From positions 2,232,001-2,296,000 of the forward strand of contig CAKKNE010000004.1 in assembly GCA_918797485.1 (NCBI GenBank): a stretch of DNA of 64,000 nucleotides, in the 5' to 3' direction. Under the pieces are notes generated by a model. That model had not been told where the DNA came from. It was given only the letters and a program-made list of their open reading frames with translations, and ran no database searches. The first letter of the stretch is position 1, and each line of letters begins with the position of its first letter. Below are positions 52,159 to 63,200 of this stretch, piece after piece. The position numbers and the translations under genes were made by a program. This DNA comes from Pelagomonas calceolata. Its lineage: Eukaryota.

Positions 52159-52962
52159 ATGGAGCGCCCACAAACTCCACCAACGTCATATGGGCAACAA
52201 CAGTACACCGCCGGCCTCACGCCGCAGCTGCCACAGACCGCCAACCTCACGCCGCAGCTGCCGCAGCGCTACGGCTACCCGCCCCAGGCCTACAGCGCGC
52301 CGGCGCCGGCGCCCTACGGCTTCGCGCCGCCCGTCCTGACGCCCCTGCCCAATCAAAGACGCAGAAGACCGCGCCGGCGCCGCCAGCGCAGCCCGAACTC
52401 CCGGTCGGGGTCGTCCACGGAGCCCTCGCGCAGCGCCTCGCCCGTCGAGGCGCCGCCGCCGCCGCCCTTAAGCCCGTCGACCGACGCCTCCAACAAAATC
52501 CTCACGAGGACCACGAGCGCGACGACCGCCTGCCTCAACGACTACGAGGCCCAATGGATCGCCATGGCCACGACGCGCAAGATGTCCGTCGACAACGCGG
52601 AAGGGCTCTTGGAGGCCGTGCGCTCTCATACAACGAAGCGCCACGAGGGCGTCGTGCGGTGGTACACGGAAAAAAAACACTACGGCTTCATCGAGGCGCC
52701 CGGGGCGGCCGCGACCGATTTATTTGTCCACGCTTCCGAGGTGACGGAGCCGTTAAGAGCGGGCGACAAGGTCTCCTTCGTCATCGGGGAACGACGCGGC
52801 CGCTCGGCTGCGACGAAGGTCGAGGTCCTGGAGCGCGCGCCGCCGCCGCCGCCGCGCGTCTTCACGCCCGTGGCCTTCGGCGGCCAGCAGGCGGGCTTCG
52901 CGCTCTACCAGCCGTACGGCTACGCCGGCGAGGTCCCGGAGTCCGTCCCCGTCTTCTCGTGA
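52159..52962 (+). CDS. Cold-shock domain protein
   Basis: GVVRWYTEKKHYGFI..DLFVHAS..LRAGDKVSF..AATKV. Confidence 0.85.
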   Translation: MERPQTPPTSYGQQQYTAGLTPQLPQTANLTPQLPQRYGYPPQAYSAPAPAPYGFAPPVLTPLPNQRRRRPRRRRQRSPNSRSGSSTEPSRSASPVEAPPPPPLSPSTDASNKILTRTTSATTACLNDYEAQWIAMATTRKMSVDNAEGLLEAVRSHTTKRHEGVVRWYTEKKHYGFIEAPGAAATDLFVHASEVTEPLRAGDKVSFVIGERRGRSAATKVEVLERAPPPPPRVFTPVAFGGQQAGFALYQPYGYAGEVPESVPVFS

Positions 52963-53069
52963 ACATACTCATGTCCAAGCCAATTCAAACCTTAGCAAGA
53001 ACAAGTCTATTTATCTAAGAAGTCTATATAGAACCTCGCGCCTGCGCGACGGCGTCTTCGTTGGCGTCG

Positions 53070-53091
53070 CTAGCGTGCTGTAAGACACTAG
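53070..53091 (+). promoter_or_regulatory. CTAG-box element (type A)
   Basis: ctagcgtgctgtaagacactag, 206 bp upstream of ATG 53297. Confidence 0.62.
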
Positions 53092-53296
53092 CAAAACGAG
53101 CAAACCTGGGCAAAGCGCTGCCAGCGCAGCGAGCTCGTTCTAATCAAGAGTTGGGGCTACGCAGCACTGCAACGACCACAGCGATCGAGCGGCACGGTTG
53201 TGCATGTCTCAGGTACAGCACTGAAGAAATCAGCTCTGGGAGAGCATCGTGCCTCTCTGAGCGGCAGAGCTAAGCACAGATCGTAGTGAAGCACCA

Positions 53297-53797
53297 ATGT
53301 CCCTCTTCCCACCACCCTTAGCCGGAGCGCTCGGCGCCGGAGGCCTCATCCCCTTCCTGGCCACGAGCGCGCCCGTGCAGCTCGTGCTGCCGTTCGACGC
53401 ATTGCTGAAACCGCTGCGAAGCGCCATCGGCCGGCCGTCGCTCAACGCGACGGAACTCCAAGTCACGTACGGATGCATGATCCTGTCCTTCCTCGGCGCG
53501 CCGCACTGGGGCTGGGCTCTCTCGTCAACAGCGGCGCCGCGCGGCGTCACGGCGTTTCGGTTGATCTGGGGCGTGACGCCGGCGTTGATCGCGTGGCCGC
53601 TCGCGTCGACGCCGGCGCCGACGTCGCTCGACGCCCTGAGCGCCGGGCTCGGCCTGGCCTACGCCGTCGACGCGGCCGCGTGGGTGGCCGGCCAGACGCC
53701 GCGCTGCTACCTCGCGCTGCGGACGCCGCTGACGCTCGTAGCGATCCTCTCGCTGCAGAGCAACCGGGACCGGTGGCGTAACAAAACAGTAGATTAA
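53297..53797 (+). CDS. DUF3429/TMEM69-like membrane protein
   Basis: GAGGLIPF, YGCMILSFLGAPHWG, WGVTPALIAW, YLALRTPLT. Confidence 0.8.
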   Translation: MSLFPPPLAGALGAGGLIPFLATSAPVQLVLPFDALLKPLRSAIGRPSLNATELQVTYGCMILSFLGAPHWGWALSSTAAPRGVTAFRLIWGVTPALIAWPLASTPAPTSLDALSAGLGLAYAVDAAAWVAGQTPRCYLALRTPLTLVAILSLQSNRDRWRNKTVD

Positions 53798-54612
53798 GCC
53801 TTCACGCAGACGAGTGCGAACGTCGCCAGCGTCGCGAACGGCGCCAGGCCGCGCGCGCCCGTCGTCGCGGCGGCTACCGCGCTCGCCAGGAACGCGACGG
53901 CGCCGGACGCGTAGAGGCCCGCGGCGAGGGTCTTTGACGGCGCGCGCGCCTTTTGCGCGGCCGCAGCGGCGCCGACGCCGGCCCAGGGCGCCAGCGCGAG
54001 CACAAGGGGCGTGGCATTTGCATACAGCCAGTAGCCCGCGCCGCCCGCAAGCGCGAGCGCGATCGCCGCCCACTGGCGGTCGAGCTCCGGCCGCGTCGCC
54101 TCGCTCCACGCCGCGGCCGGCCCGTCGAAGGGCCACGCGGCCACCAGAAGCGCGTAGGCGTGCGTCGCGACGAGCACGCCGCGCGTCAAGCCGCCCGCCG
54201 CCCGGCACGCCGCATACACGGCGGACGCGTGGGCTGCGGCGAGCGCGGCCCGCAGCGGCCGCGTCGCGTCGCCGTCGGCGAGCGTGGCAAAGGCCGTGGC
54301 GGCGAGCGGCGCGGCCGCCACGAGGCCCGCGCCGGCGACGAGTCGCGCCGCGGCGCCGCCGGCGACGGGGCTATGCACCGCGCTCGCGACGACGGCCGCG
54401 ACGGAGAGCTTCGACGCGGCCAGCGCGCGCGACCGCGCCTCGACGGCCGTCGTGTCGACCTCGGGCGTGGCTTCCTCGGGCTCCGATCTCAAAGCTATGC
54501 GCAGCCTCGGCGGCGCACGCAGCGCATCCGTACTGGCAAATGGCGCGCGCCGCGGCGCGACGCGCAGCGCATCCGTGCTGGCAAGCAGCAACCATAGTAG
54601 GGCAGGCTTCAT
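53794..54612 (-). CDS. Ala-rich multi-pass membrane protein with signal and transit-like leader
   Basis: MKPALLWLLLASTDA-LR; duplicated ASTDALR; several hydrophobic segments. Confidence 0.65.
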   Translation of the reverse strand: MKPALLWLLLASTDALRVAPRRAPFASTDALRAPPRLRIALRSEPEEATPEVDTTAVEARSRALAASKLSVAAVVASAVHSPVAGGAAARLVAGAGLVAAAPLAATAFATLADGDATRPLRAALAAAHASAVYAACRAAGGLTRGVLVATHAYALLVAAWPFDGPAAAWSEATRPELDRQWAAIALALAGGAGYWLYANATPLVLALAPWAGVGAAAAAQKARAPSKTLAAGLYASGAVAFLASAVAAATTGARGLAPFATLATFALVCVKA

Positions 54613-54726
54613 GGCACAGCTGCTCGCAACTTTCGGTCGCAGCGTCAGCAGCGATGCGCCTCGCTGTTCTCAGAGTAGCTCTACGCCACCAGCGGAGCGT
54701 TAGGCAAATGTGTAAAAAGCTTGCAG

Positions 54727-54748
54727 CTAGCGTCATGTAAGACACTAG
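54727..54748 (+). promoter_or_regulatory. CTAG-box element (type A)
   Basis: ctagcgtcatgtaagacactag; between divergent starts 54612 and 54975. Confidence 0.65.
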
Positions 54749-54974
54749 CAAGAGCGGGTCTCGGAGGTCGGCAGCCAGCGTATTGCTGCCTTTGTGCACC
54801 CCGCGACGGCGCTGCGACGTGCCACGGCCTCACCCTCGCTGGGAGTGCAAACCCATTGCGTTTTCACGCGCCGCGTTGCGCCCGAAAGCCGAATCCACGA
54901 ATCCGCGACGCGACGCGTGGCAGCGAGCCGGGACGCCGCGCGGCGAAAGCCAGACCACTCGCGTCGACGAGCCC

Positions 54975-57900
54975 ATGCCGCCACGCAGCCGCACGGCGAA
55001 AGCCGCGGCCGACGAGCCCATGCCGCGCGGCAAGCCCTCGAACAGCGTCGACGACCTGTTGGAACCGATGCCGCCGACGCAGCCGCGGGCGAAGCGCTTA
55101 TTAACGATCGTCACGGTCGCGGCGTGGCTCTACGCCATGTCCGTAGCCATCGGCAAGGCCTATGATATTCGTTTACATGCCATCAAGACCTACGGTTATG
55201 TGATCCACGAGTTCGACCCCTGGTTTAATTATCGAGCCACGGAGTACCTCGCCGCGAATGGACTGCGGAAGTTCTTCACGTGGTTCGACCGCATGGCCTG
55301 GTACCCTCTCGGAAGACCCGTCGGCACGACGATCTACCCGGGCATGCAGATGACGTCCGTGTTCATCTGGAAGGCCCTCGGGCGGTTACGGGAGCTTGGA
55401 TTGTTAACATGGTACGCTCATGTGAAGAAAGCGCCCATCTCGCTGAACGACGTCTGTTGTTTGGTCCCGGCGTGGTTCGGCGCGCTAGCCACGGTCTTTC
55501 TTGGATTACTCACCCTAGAAACGACGAACTCCTACGCGGCGTCGGCCTGCGCGGCGTTGTGCATGGCCACGGTCCCTGCTCACTTAATGAGGTCTGTGGG
55601 AGGCGGCTACGATAATGAGTCAATAGCCCTAACGGCCATGTGCGCGACGTTCTACCTGTGGTGTCGATCGCTGCGGGGTCCCTACCTGTGTGGAAATCAA
55701 CCAATGCATCGGGCGCATGCGGTGAGGAACCGGCATCGCCACGCCATCGAGCAGGCGTCGCATCGATGGCGTGCAGGTAGACGACGATTCAGCATGATCG
55801 CGCCGTAAAATTTGATTTCCACACAGGTCCCTACGAAGCGTCGAAACATACTTATATATATGGCGTCTTAGCGGGCTTAGCCTATGCCTACATGGTCGCG
55901 GCGTGGGGCGGGTTCACCTTTGTGGTTAATGCGGTTGGATGTCATGCTTTTTGTCTCGCGGTGGTAGGTAGATATACGGAGAAGTTACGCGTGGCCTACT
56001 CTTTGTTCTATGTGGTCGGTACTATCGGTGCTATCTTAGTACCTGTGGTAGGGTGGCGTCCCTTGAAAGATATGGAGCTATTGCCGCCTCTACTAGTATT
56101 TGTGGGGTTGCAGGTCCAGGCTCGCGCCGTGGCTTACATCCGTAAAAACGAGTGTGGTATGGTGAAAGGGCTCCTCGTCCTTGCGGCACATGGTCTCGTG
56201 TTAGTAGCGGTATTGCTGGGTATCGGCTTCATATTATATCCAAGAGGCTACTTCGGGCCGCCCTCGAGTCGGGTGCGAGGTCTCTTCGTGAAGCACACTA
56301 GGACAGGAAACCCTCTCGTCGATTCCGTAGCGGAGCACCAGCCCACGAGCAAGCAGGCCTACACCCAATATTTGAGCCACGCGTATGATCTGGTACCATA
56401 CGGGTTAGGGTTATCATTACTAAGGGTCTCGGACGCCACGCCTTTATTATGGATCTACTTCGGCATCGCCTACCACTTCGCGAATAAAATGGCGCGCCTC
56501 ATGATCCTGGCCGGGCCCATCGCGTCGGCGTTAGTAGGCGTTGCCTTAGGTGCGGCCTTTGATCATGGCATTCTCTTCTCTGTCCAAGCGCTCGTGGCGA
56601 GGTTCTTCCCCGGTCAAAAACAGAAGCCTACGAGGAAGAAGGAGAAGCTCCCCGTCAAAATCAGACGCGGACTAGCAGGGACGTACCGCCACCCGGTCGT
56701 ATGTATCGCAAGGATCGCACTAGCGTTGTACTTCGCCTTATATACCGTACAACCAAAATACAAAGACTTTCTAGGATATTGCGAAGAACTGTCAGAAGGC
56801 TTATCGCAACCGTCCATCATGTTCAAGGCTCGGCTGAGGGACGGAACGGAGATCATCGTCGACGACTATCGGGAGGCCTACTGGTGGTTGAGAGATCACA
56901 CGCCGAAAGATTCTAGGATTTTGGCCTGGTGGGACTACGGGTACCAGATCACGGGCATCGGGGAGAGAACTACTCTGGCCGATGGAAATACGTGGAACCA
57001 CGAGCACATCGCTACTCTTGGGTACATTTTAACTTCTCCCGAGGACCAGGCCCACAAGATCGCGAAACATTTGGCTGATTATGTGCTCGTGTGGGCCGGC
57101 GGTGGTGGGGATGACTTAGCTAAAAGCCCTCATATGGCTCGCATCGGGAACTCGATTTATCACCACTTCTGTCCGGACGACCCGACGTGCCAGCACTTCG
57201 GCTTCTATCAGGGTGGACGACCGACGCCGTCCATGGAGGCTTCTTTGTTGTATAAGCTGACGACGCATGACCCCAGAAGACCAGCACTAAACACCTCGAG
57301 ATGGGAGCCCGTCTACCAGTCGAAGTACGGCAAGGTGCGCATCTTCAAGATCAAGAAGGTCTCGAAGAAGTCGAAGAACTGGGTTAAGAACGCCACTAAC
57401 TTATTATGTGATGCCCCTGGCTCTTGGTACTGCCCCGGCCAGTACCCGCCGGCCGTGCGGTGGTTGATTGATCTGCGGAAGCCTTTTAGGCAATTGGAAG
57501 ACTTCAACAGCGGCCCGCGCGACAAAGATAGTGAAGAATATACCAAAAAGTACCACGAGAAGATGTCTGCCAGAGAGGGCAAGGGTGAAATACCCCCTAC
57601 CGAGAAGCTTACTTATGTGGGATGTTATCGCAAGGAGGACCAGTTACCTGCCGAGAAGGTGTATGGTGGTGGTGTGGTGGGCGCGTCGGCGTCGGCCGCG
57701 TTCAATCACGCGCGCTCCCAAAAGAAGCGCTATGTGGCCGTCGCGCGCGTCGGCGACGACGGCCACGCGTTTGCGTTTGATAGTTTACCGTCGGGCGCGG
57801 CCGTCAACGATGGAGGGTGCGCTAGACCGTGCGCCGACGACGACGCCTTCGCGTGCGGCTGCGCCGACGCCGGCTGCGACGGCGTCGTGAAACGTTCAGC

Positions 57901-57982
57901 CGACGAGGAGTATGTGCGAAGGTGGGCGGTCTACGACGTCGGCGCGCCGAAGAAGCGGAGGAAGAAGCGGTCGGAGCTCTGA
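54975..57982 (+). CDS. STT3: Oligosaccharyltransferase catalytic subunit with C-terminal WSC-like domain; exons 54975-55677, 55827-57982
   Basis: IHEFDPWFNYR, YPLGR, GGYDNE, SVAEHQP, WWDYG, DLAKSPHMARI; splice gives SLRGPYEASK. Confidence 0.95.
55678..55826 (+). mobile_element. Intact introner: 141-bp element (55686-55826) with perfect 15-bp TIRs and perfect 8-bp TSD
   Basis: gtccctac|ctgtgtggaaatcaa...ttgatttccacacag|gtccctac. Confidence 0.95.
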
Positions 57983-58029
57983 TGGTCGCGCTACGCTTGG
58001 GATAAGTATAGGAGGAATGATCAGCGCAG

Positions 58030-58049
58030 CTAGCGGCGTTAGACACTAG
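58030..58049 (+). promoter_or_regulatory. CTAG-box element (type A)
   Basis: ctagcggcgttagacactag, upstream of ATG 58359. Confidence 0.58.
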
Positions 58050-58358
58050 CCAGCAGCTCGATTTTTTAACCCGGGGCTGAGAACCTCCCGCGTACGGCAC
58101 GCTGTGTGACGTTTGGGTCACAAGATTGTGCTTAAGAAGCACAATTCAGCCGTGGCTTACACTCCGCGACATCGCTGCGAGGTCCTGTCGGGCAGCTGGC
58201 TGTTCAGACCGCGCGCGCGGCTCTGAACTCATACGGCACCGCGGCGAGTACCGGTCGGCCGCCGCCGCTGTACTGTTAAGACAGCGCGCGCGCACCGAGC
58301 GCACACAGCGCACCGGTCGGCCCCGCCGTCGTTCTAGACGCCGCGGCACGACACGACG

Positions 58359-60227
58359 ATGTCGGACGGCTGGTCCACCGTCAGTACAAAAAAGAAGGAG
58401 CGGCGGCCCTCGAAGCCGGCGCCCAAGCCGGCGCCGAAACAACCGAAACAACCGCAGCCGAAGCCGCAGCCACCGAAGCAGCCCCCACCGCACCAGACAC
58501 CCAAGGAGTGGCTCGAGCAGAGGTATGCGGGCGCGCCGGCGCCGCCTGCTAGATCCAATGTGAAAAATAGGATTGAGGACGGCCAGCTCGTCGTCGGCGT
58601 CGTGTCCAAAAAAGCGACGACGGGCCGAGGCGTCTGGATCGCCGTGGACCACGACGGGGAATTGGAGTGCTACCTGTCGTCGCAGTTGTCTCCCACCTTA
58701 CCTGCGCTGCACGAGCGCGTCGTGTTCCGGGCGGCGCTGCATTCGACGCCGCACCATCGAGATGGGGCATTGTGGGTCGCACGAGACGGCGCTTGGTTGC
58801 GAGAAGATGCGGCATACGCAGCGAAACAGCGGAAGTACCTCGAAGGGAATCGACGCACAAGGGGTATGACCGCCCACGGTGTCCTCACAGCCATAGCCCC
58901 CTCGAGAAACCGATCTATTGGTGGGAGAGACGCCTGGATCGCGTTAGGGGATCTGGACCGGCACGTCTACTGCCACGAGGCCTGGCTGGCACCTAGACAG
59001 CTCCCTTCGTTAGGAGCTAGAGTGGAACTCGTCTTGGATATAGACGCCGCAACCAGCAAAGGCGATAGACCGCGCTGGCGCGTCGCCATCGACGAACGGA
59101 CTGGTGATGCCGCTATCAAGGTGTTGAATGACGACAGTGCTTGTGTTCTGCCCGGGTGGGCCTCGGAGTCTCAGTTACGAAGAAAGCCAGCGCCCCGGCC
59201 CTGGCGCACGTACTTTGACGCACCGCCAAAGCCGCCGACGTCGCCTCCCACAGTACCTTTACAGACGACGAGCAGTCTGCACCCGGAGGTCACAAAATTA
59301 CTGGACAGATTAGGATTGACCGCGGCGTGCGGCGAAACATTAAGGCAGGGCGAGGTCCTCGACTTGGGTACGTTAAAGCTCTGCTCCGAGCGCGATTTAA
59401 CGGACATGGGCCTGCGGCCGGCGCACGCCGGTAGGATAGTGGCGGCGCTGCGGCCGCCGGCGCCGCCGGCGCCGGCGCCGGCCCCGCCGCCGCCGCCGCC
59501 ACCACCGGGCCTGGCACCGCCGGCGCAGGACGCCTTCTTTTTAGGAGGGGGCCTGCGATCTTTATTAGATGATGCTCCACCGGTGCAGCCGCCGCCGCGG
59601 TCTCTAGGCTTGAGCGGCGAGCTGCCGGCCGATTTTGGGGCATTGCTGCCCGGGCTCGGCGCGCTTGGTTTAAATGCGACTCCCCAGCCGCAGCGCTCGG
59701 CGCTCGCGGAGCTGCGCGACGGCGACGACGGCGCGGTTTTGCCGTTGGCGGCGCCTTCCTCTTTAAGCGCGCCGCGCGTGAACGGAGGCGCTCCCCCGCC
59801 GCCCGAGCCGAAGCCCCGAGCCGGGTCGTTCGCGGCGGCGGCGGCGGCGCCCTCGCCCCCGAAATGGGCGGCGCCCGCGCCCGCGCCACAAAAGCCGCCC
59901 CAAAAACAGCCCGAGGATCCTTTGATGAGGGACCTGGAGCAATTCATCAGCGACCACAAATTGGACGCGTCCTGCGCGCACGAGCTGCGCCACGCCGACC
60001 GCGAGATCTCGCGGCAGGCCTTGGCGACGTGCGACATGTCCAAGGCGCGGAACCCGTCGGCCTTCGCGCTCGTCTGGTGGGCCCACCACGGCGCCGAGGT
60101 GCGGGGCCCGTCGGGCAAGTCGGCGAAGCCCACGGCGGCGATGATCGCGCGCGGGCCGGCACCAGCTGTTCCCGTCGAATCCTCGGGCCGCTCGCGCGGG
60201 CGCCGCGGCGGCGGGCGCCGCAAGTAG
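58359..60227 (+). CDS. Putative RNA-binding protein: two OB/CSD-like repeats, SAM domain, RG-rich tail
   Basis: VTKLLDRLGL..LKLCSERDLTDMGLRPAHAGRIV (SAM); GV..WIA..YC/YL..LPxLxxRV repeats; RNPSAF motif. Confidence 0.7.
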   Translation: MSDGWSTVSTKKKERRPSKPAPKPAPKQPKQPQPKPQPPKQPPPHQTPKEWLEQRYAGAPAPPARSNVKNRIEDGQLVVGVVSKKATTGRGVWIAVDHDGELECYLSSQLSPTLPALHERVVFRAALHSTPHHRDGALWVARDGAWLREDAAYAAKQRKYLEGNRRTRGMTAHGVLTAIAPSRNRSIGGRDAWIALGDLDRHVYCHEAWLAPRQLPSLGARVELVLDIDAATSKGDRPRWRVAIDERTGDAAIKVLNDDSACVLPGWASESQLRRKPAPRPWRTYFDAPPKPPTSPPTVPLQTTSSLHPEVTKLLDRLGLTAACGETLRQGEVLDLGTLKLCSERDLTDMGLRPAHAGRIVAALRPPAPPAPAPAPPPPPPPPGLAPPAQDAFFLGGGLRSLLDDAPPVQPPPRSLGLSGELPADFGALLPGLGALGLNATPQPQRSALAELRDGDDGAVLPLAAPSSLSAPRVNGGAPPPPEPKPRAGSFAAAAAAPSPPKWAAPAPAPQKPPQKQPEDPLMRDLEQFISDHKLDASCAHELRHADREISRQALATCDMSKARNPSAFALVWWAHHGAEVRGPSGKSAKPTAAMIARGPAPAVPVESSGRSRGRRGGGRRK

Positions 60228-60251
60228 CCCTCTCTACTAACTTTCTTAGCC

Positions 60252-63200
60252 TTATGAGTTGGCTTTCAAAAAGGCGTCGGCGTCGTCGGCGAACGACGAC
60301 TGCCTCGACACTTGCCGCGACCCCGCCGGCGAGTCGAACAGGACGTCGCGCATCTGCCCGAGCAGGGCGCTGTGCCGCCGCCGCGGACTGGACACGTCGC
60401 CGGGATCGAAGCTGAACGAGCTCTCGCGCCGCAGGAAGCGCCTCGTGGGCGTCGGACTCGCTCCCAGGCTCCGCCGCCGCGCGGCAAACGGCGTCAGCTC
60501 CTCGAGCTCGGGCGACGGGCTCGGCGTCGGGTCGGGCCGGTAGGGCCTCCCAACAGGCTTGTCGCCGCGTGCCTTCGGTTGGGGCGTCGTGGGCGAGTCG
60601 TCCTCCTTCTCGCGGCGCTTGGCGATGGCCTCGACGAAGGGCGAGCCCGACTTGGGCGGCGGCGGCGGCGGCGCCTCGTCGTCGTCGGATGCCGTCTCCT
60701 TGTGGTGGTGCTTGTGGTGGACCGCCGCCGACTCCTCCTCGACGGGAGCCTCTTGCTGGAGGGGCGTCTCGCGCACGACCTCTGCGCCGGGCGCCGCCGC
60801 CGCGGGCTCGGGGGCAGTCGCTGCGTCCTCGTCCGGGAGGTCCGTAGAATCCCCGGCGGCATCGGCGGCGGGCGCGTCGGCGGCCGCGGCACCCTCGGGA
60901 GCCTCCGATGTCGCGGATGCCTCTGCCGGTGCCGTGGCGGGCGCCTCGTCGACAGCCTTGGCTTCTGGCGCGGCGGCCGGCATTGCAGCTTGTCCGGGGC
61001 GCACTCCGGGCGCGCTGCGCCGCCGCGCCGCCGCCTGGAGCTTGTCGGGCGGCGGCGACTTGGGCGTCTTGGGCGTCCGCGGCGAGGACCGCACGGCGCC
61101 GCGGAGTTTGCCCCACATGGACTTCTTCTTCTTGGGCGTAGGATCTGTGGTCGAGCGCGACGTCGTCGACGAAGGGGCGCTGCCGGCGGACGACGGCGAC
61201 GGCGGCTCGACCTTGATCGGCGGCACGGTCTTCTTCGGCGCGGCCGCCGGCGCCGGAGCGGCGGCTGGAGCCGCAGGCGCCGGGGCGTCGTCTTTCTCCT
61301 CTACGGCGGCAGGGGCCTCGTACTTCGCGCGCAGCGCCTCGAAGAGCTCCGACTCCCTCCCGGCATACTTCGCGAGCGTCGCGTCGATCGAGTCGAGCTT
61401 GGCGGGGTTGTGTTTCTCGTAGAAGGCCACGAGCCTGGCGCGATGGTCCACGGCGGGCGCTGCGGCCGGCGCGACCGCGGGCGCCGGCGCGGCGGGCGCG
61501 GCGCTTTCGGTTGTGGAGGCGGCTGGGGCGGGCGCGGCCGCCGGCGCCGCGGCGGGCGCGGCCGCCGGCGCCTTGGGCGTCTTTGGCGACTTTTTGGGCG
61601 AGGCGCGCACGGCGCCGCGGAGTTTGCCCCACATGGACTTCTTCTTCTTGGGCGTCGGCTCGGCCGGGGCCGGCGCCTTTGCGGCCGGCGCGGGCACTTT
61701 TGCGGCCTTGGCGGGTGCCGGCGCGGGCGGTTCCGGCGCGGGGGCCGCTTCTTCTGCTGCGGGCGCCGGCGCCGTCCCTTCCGCCGCGGGCGCGGGCGCC
61801 GCCTCTTCCGCTGCCGGTGGCTCGGCGGCTGGCGTCGGCGCTGCAGTTTCCGGCGCGGACGGCTCTTCCGCTGCTGGCGGCTCGACGGCCGGCTTGGACT
61901 CCTCCGAAGGCGCGGGCGGCTCCGCGGCCTCTGCGGGCGGTTCCGGCGCGGGGGCCGCCTGAGCGGAATCCGCTTCCTCCGCAGGCGCGGGGGCCGGATC
62001 TTCAGCTGCCGGTGGTTCCACTGCCGACGCTGGGGCTTCCGCGCCGGACGCCTCTTCGGCGGCGGGCGCCTCCGCGACGGCCGGCAGCGCCGCGTCGCCG
62101 GGCCGCACGCGCGCCGCGAAGGCGTCGTCCGGCGTGGACGCGGGCACGACGACCGTGTCCCCGGGCGTCACCACGGGCGGCATGCCGGCGGCGCGCGTCT
62201 TCTCCGCCGGCGGCGCGGGCGCGGGCACGGCCGGCGTCACGGCGGCCGCCGCCGGCGCGACGGCCGGCGTCGGCGCAGCTGCCGCGGCCGGCGCGACCGC
62301 GGGCGTCGGCGCGGCCGGACGCACGACGACGGCCGGCGTCGGCGCGGGCGTCGACTCCCAGGGCCGCTCGCCGTCGTGCTCCGGCAGCACGACGCCCTCG
62401 TCCTCATCGTCCTGCTGGTCGCCACCTTCGTCGTCCGAGGACTCGGCGAAGTAGCCCGCGGGCCGCTCGCGCCGCGGCGGCGGGGCGGCCGCGGGCGGCG
62501 CGGGCGCGCGCGGCGGCGGCGGCAGGACGCCGCGGAGGACGAGCCGCGCCATCTCCTCTCTCAACCTCTCGTTCTCCGCGCGCAACCTATCTGTTTCCGT
62601 CGACATCTGCTCGCCGACGACGACGGCCAGCGCGCCCAGGGCCTTGGACTGGGGCACCGGCCGGTCCGGGTCGGCCGGCGGCGGCGGCCTCGGTTGCGGT
62701 TTTTGCGCCTCGGCCTTCTTCGCCGTGCGCAGCGCCAGGACCTGGCCCTCGAGCGCGCCGACTCGAGATAGCAACGCCGCGACGTCGTCCTGCTTCTGAA
62801 GAGGCGGCTCCTGCTTCGGCTTCACGACTTTGTCCAGGGGCTTCGACGCGGGCCCGACGTTGCTCCGCAACACTTGCGCGACGCGGCCGCCGCCCGCCGC
62901 CAGCACCGTCGAGTCCAACAAAGCGTCGTGGCGCTTCCGCAATGCATCTAAATCAGCTTGTAAACGTTGGGCCTTCGCGTCCTTGGCGCGCGCCAACTCG
63001 GCCGCCGCCGCGGCGTCGCCCCGCGTCCGCGTCGTGCGCTCGCGGACGCGAGAGGCTTCTGCTCTAGCAGAAGCCGCCCTAGCTTCCGCAGCGGCCCGGC
63101 CCGCGTCGGCGGCCACGGACCGCGCGCGCGCGTCCGCCATGCGGTTGCTCGCGTCTTTGAGTGCTGCCCTGAGCGCCTCGGCGTCCCGCAGCGCCGCGAT

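Noticed and set aside
55812..55826. CACAG resemblance of the introner TIR to the RAG/Transib heptamer
   Set aside because: Orientation is opposite (element begins CTGTG) and the TSD is 8 bp rather than 5 bp
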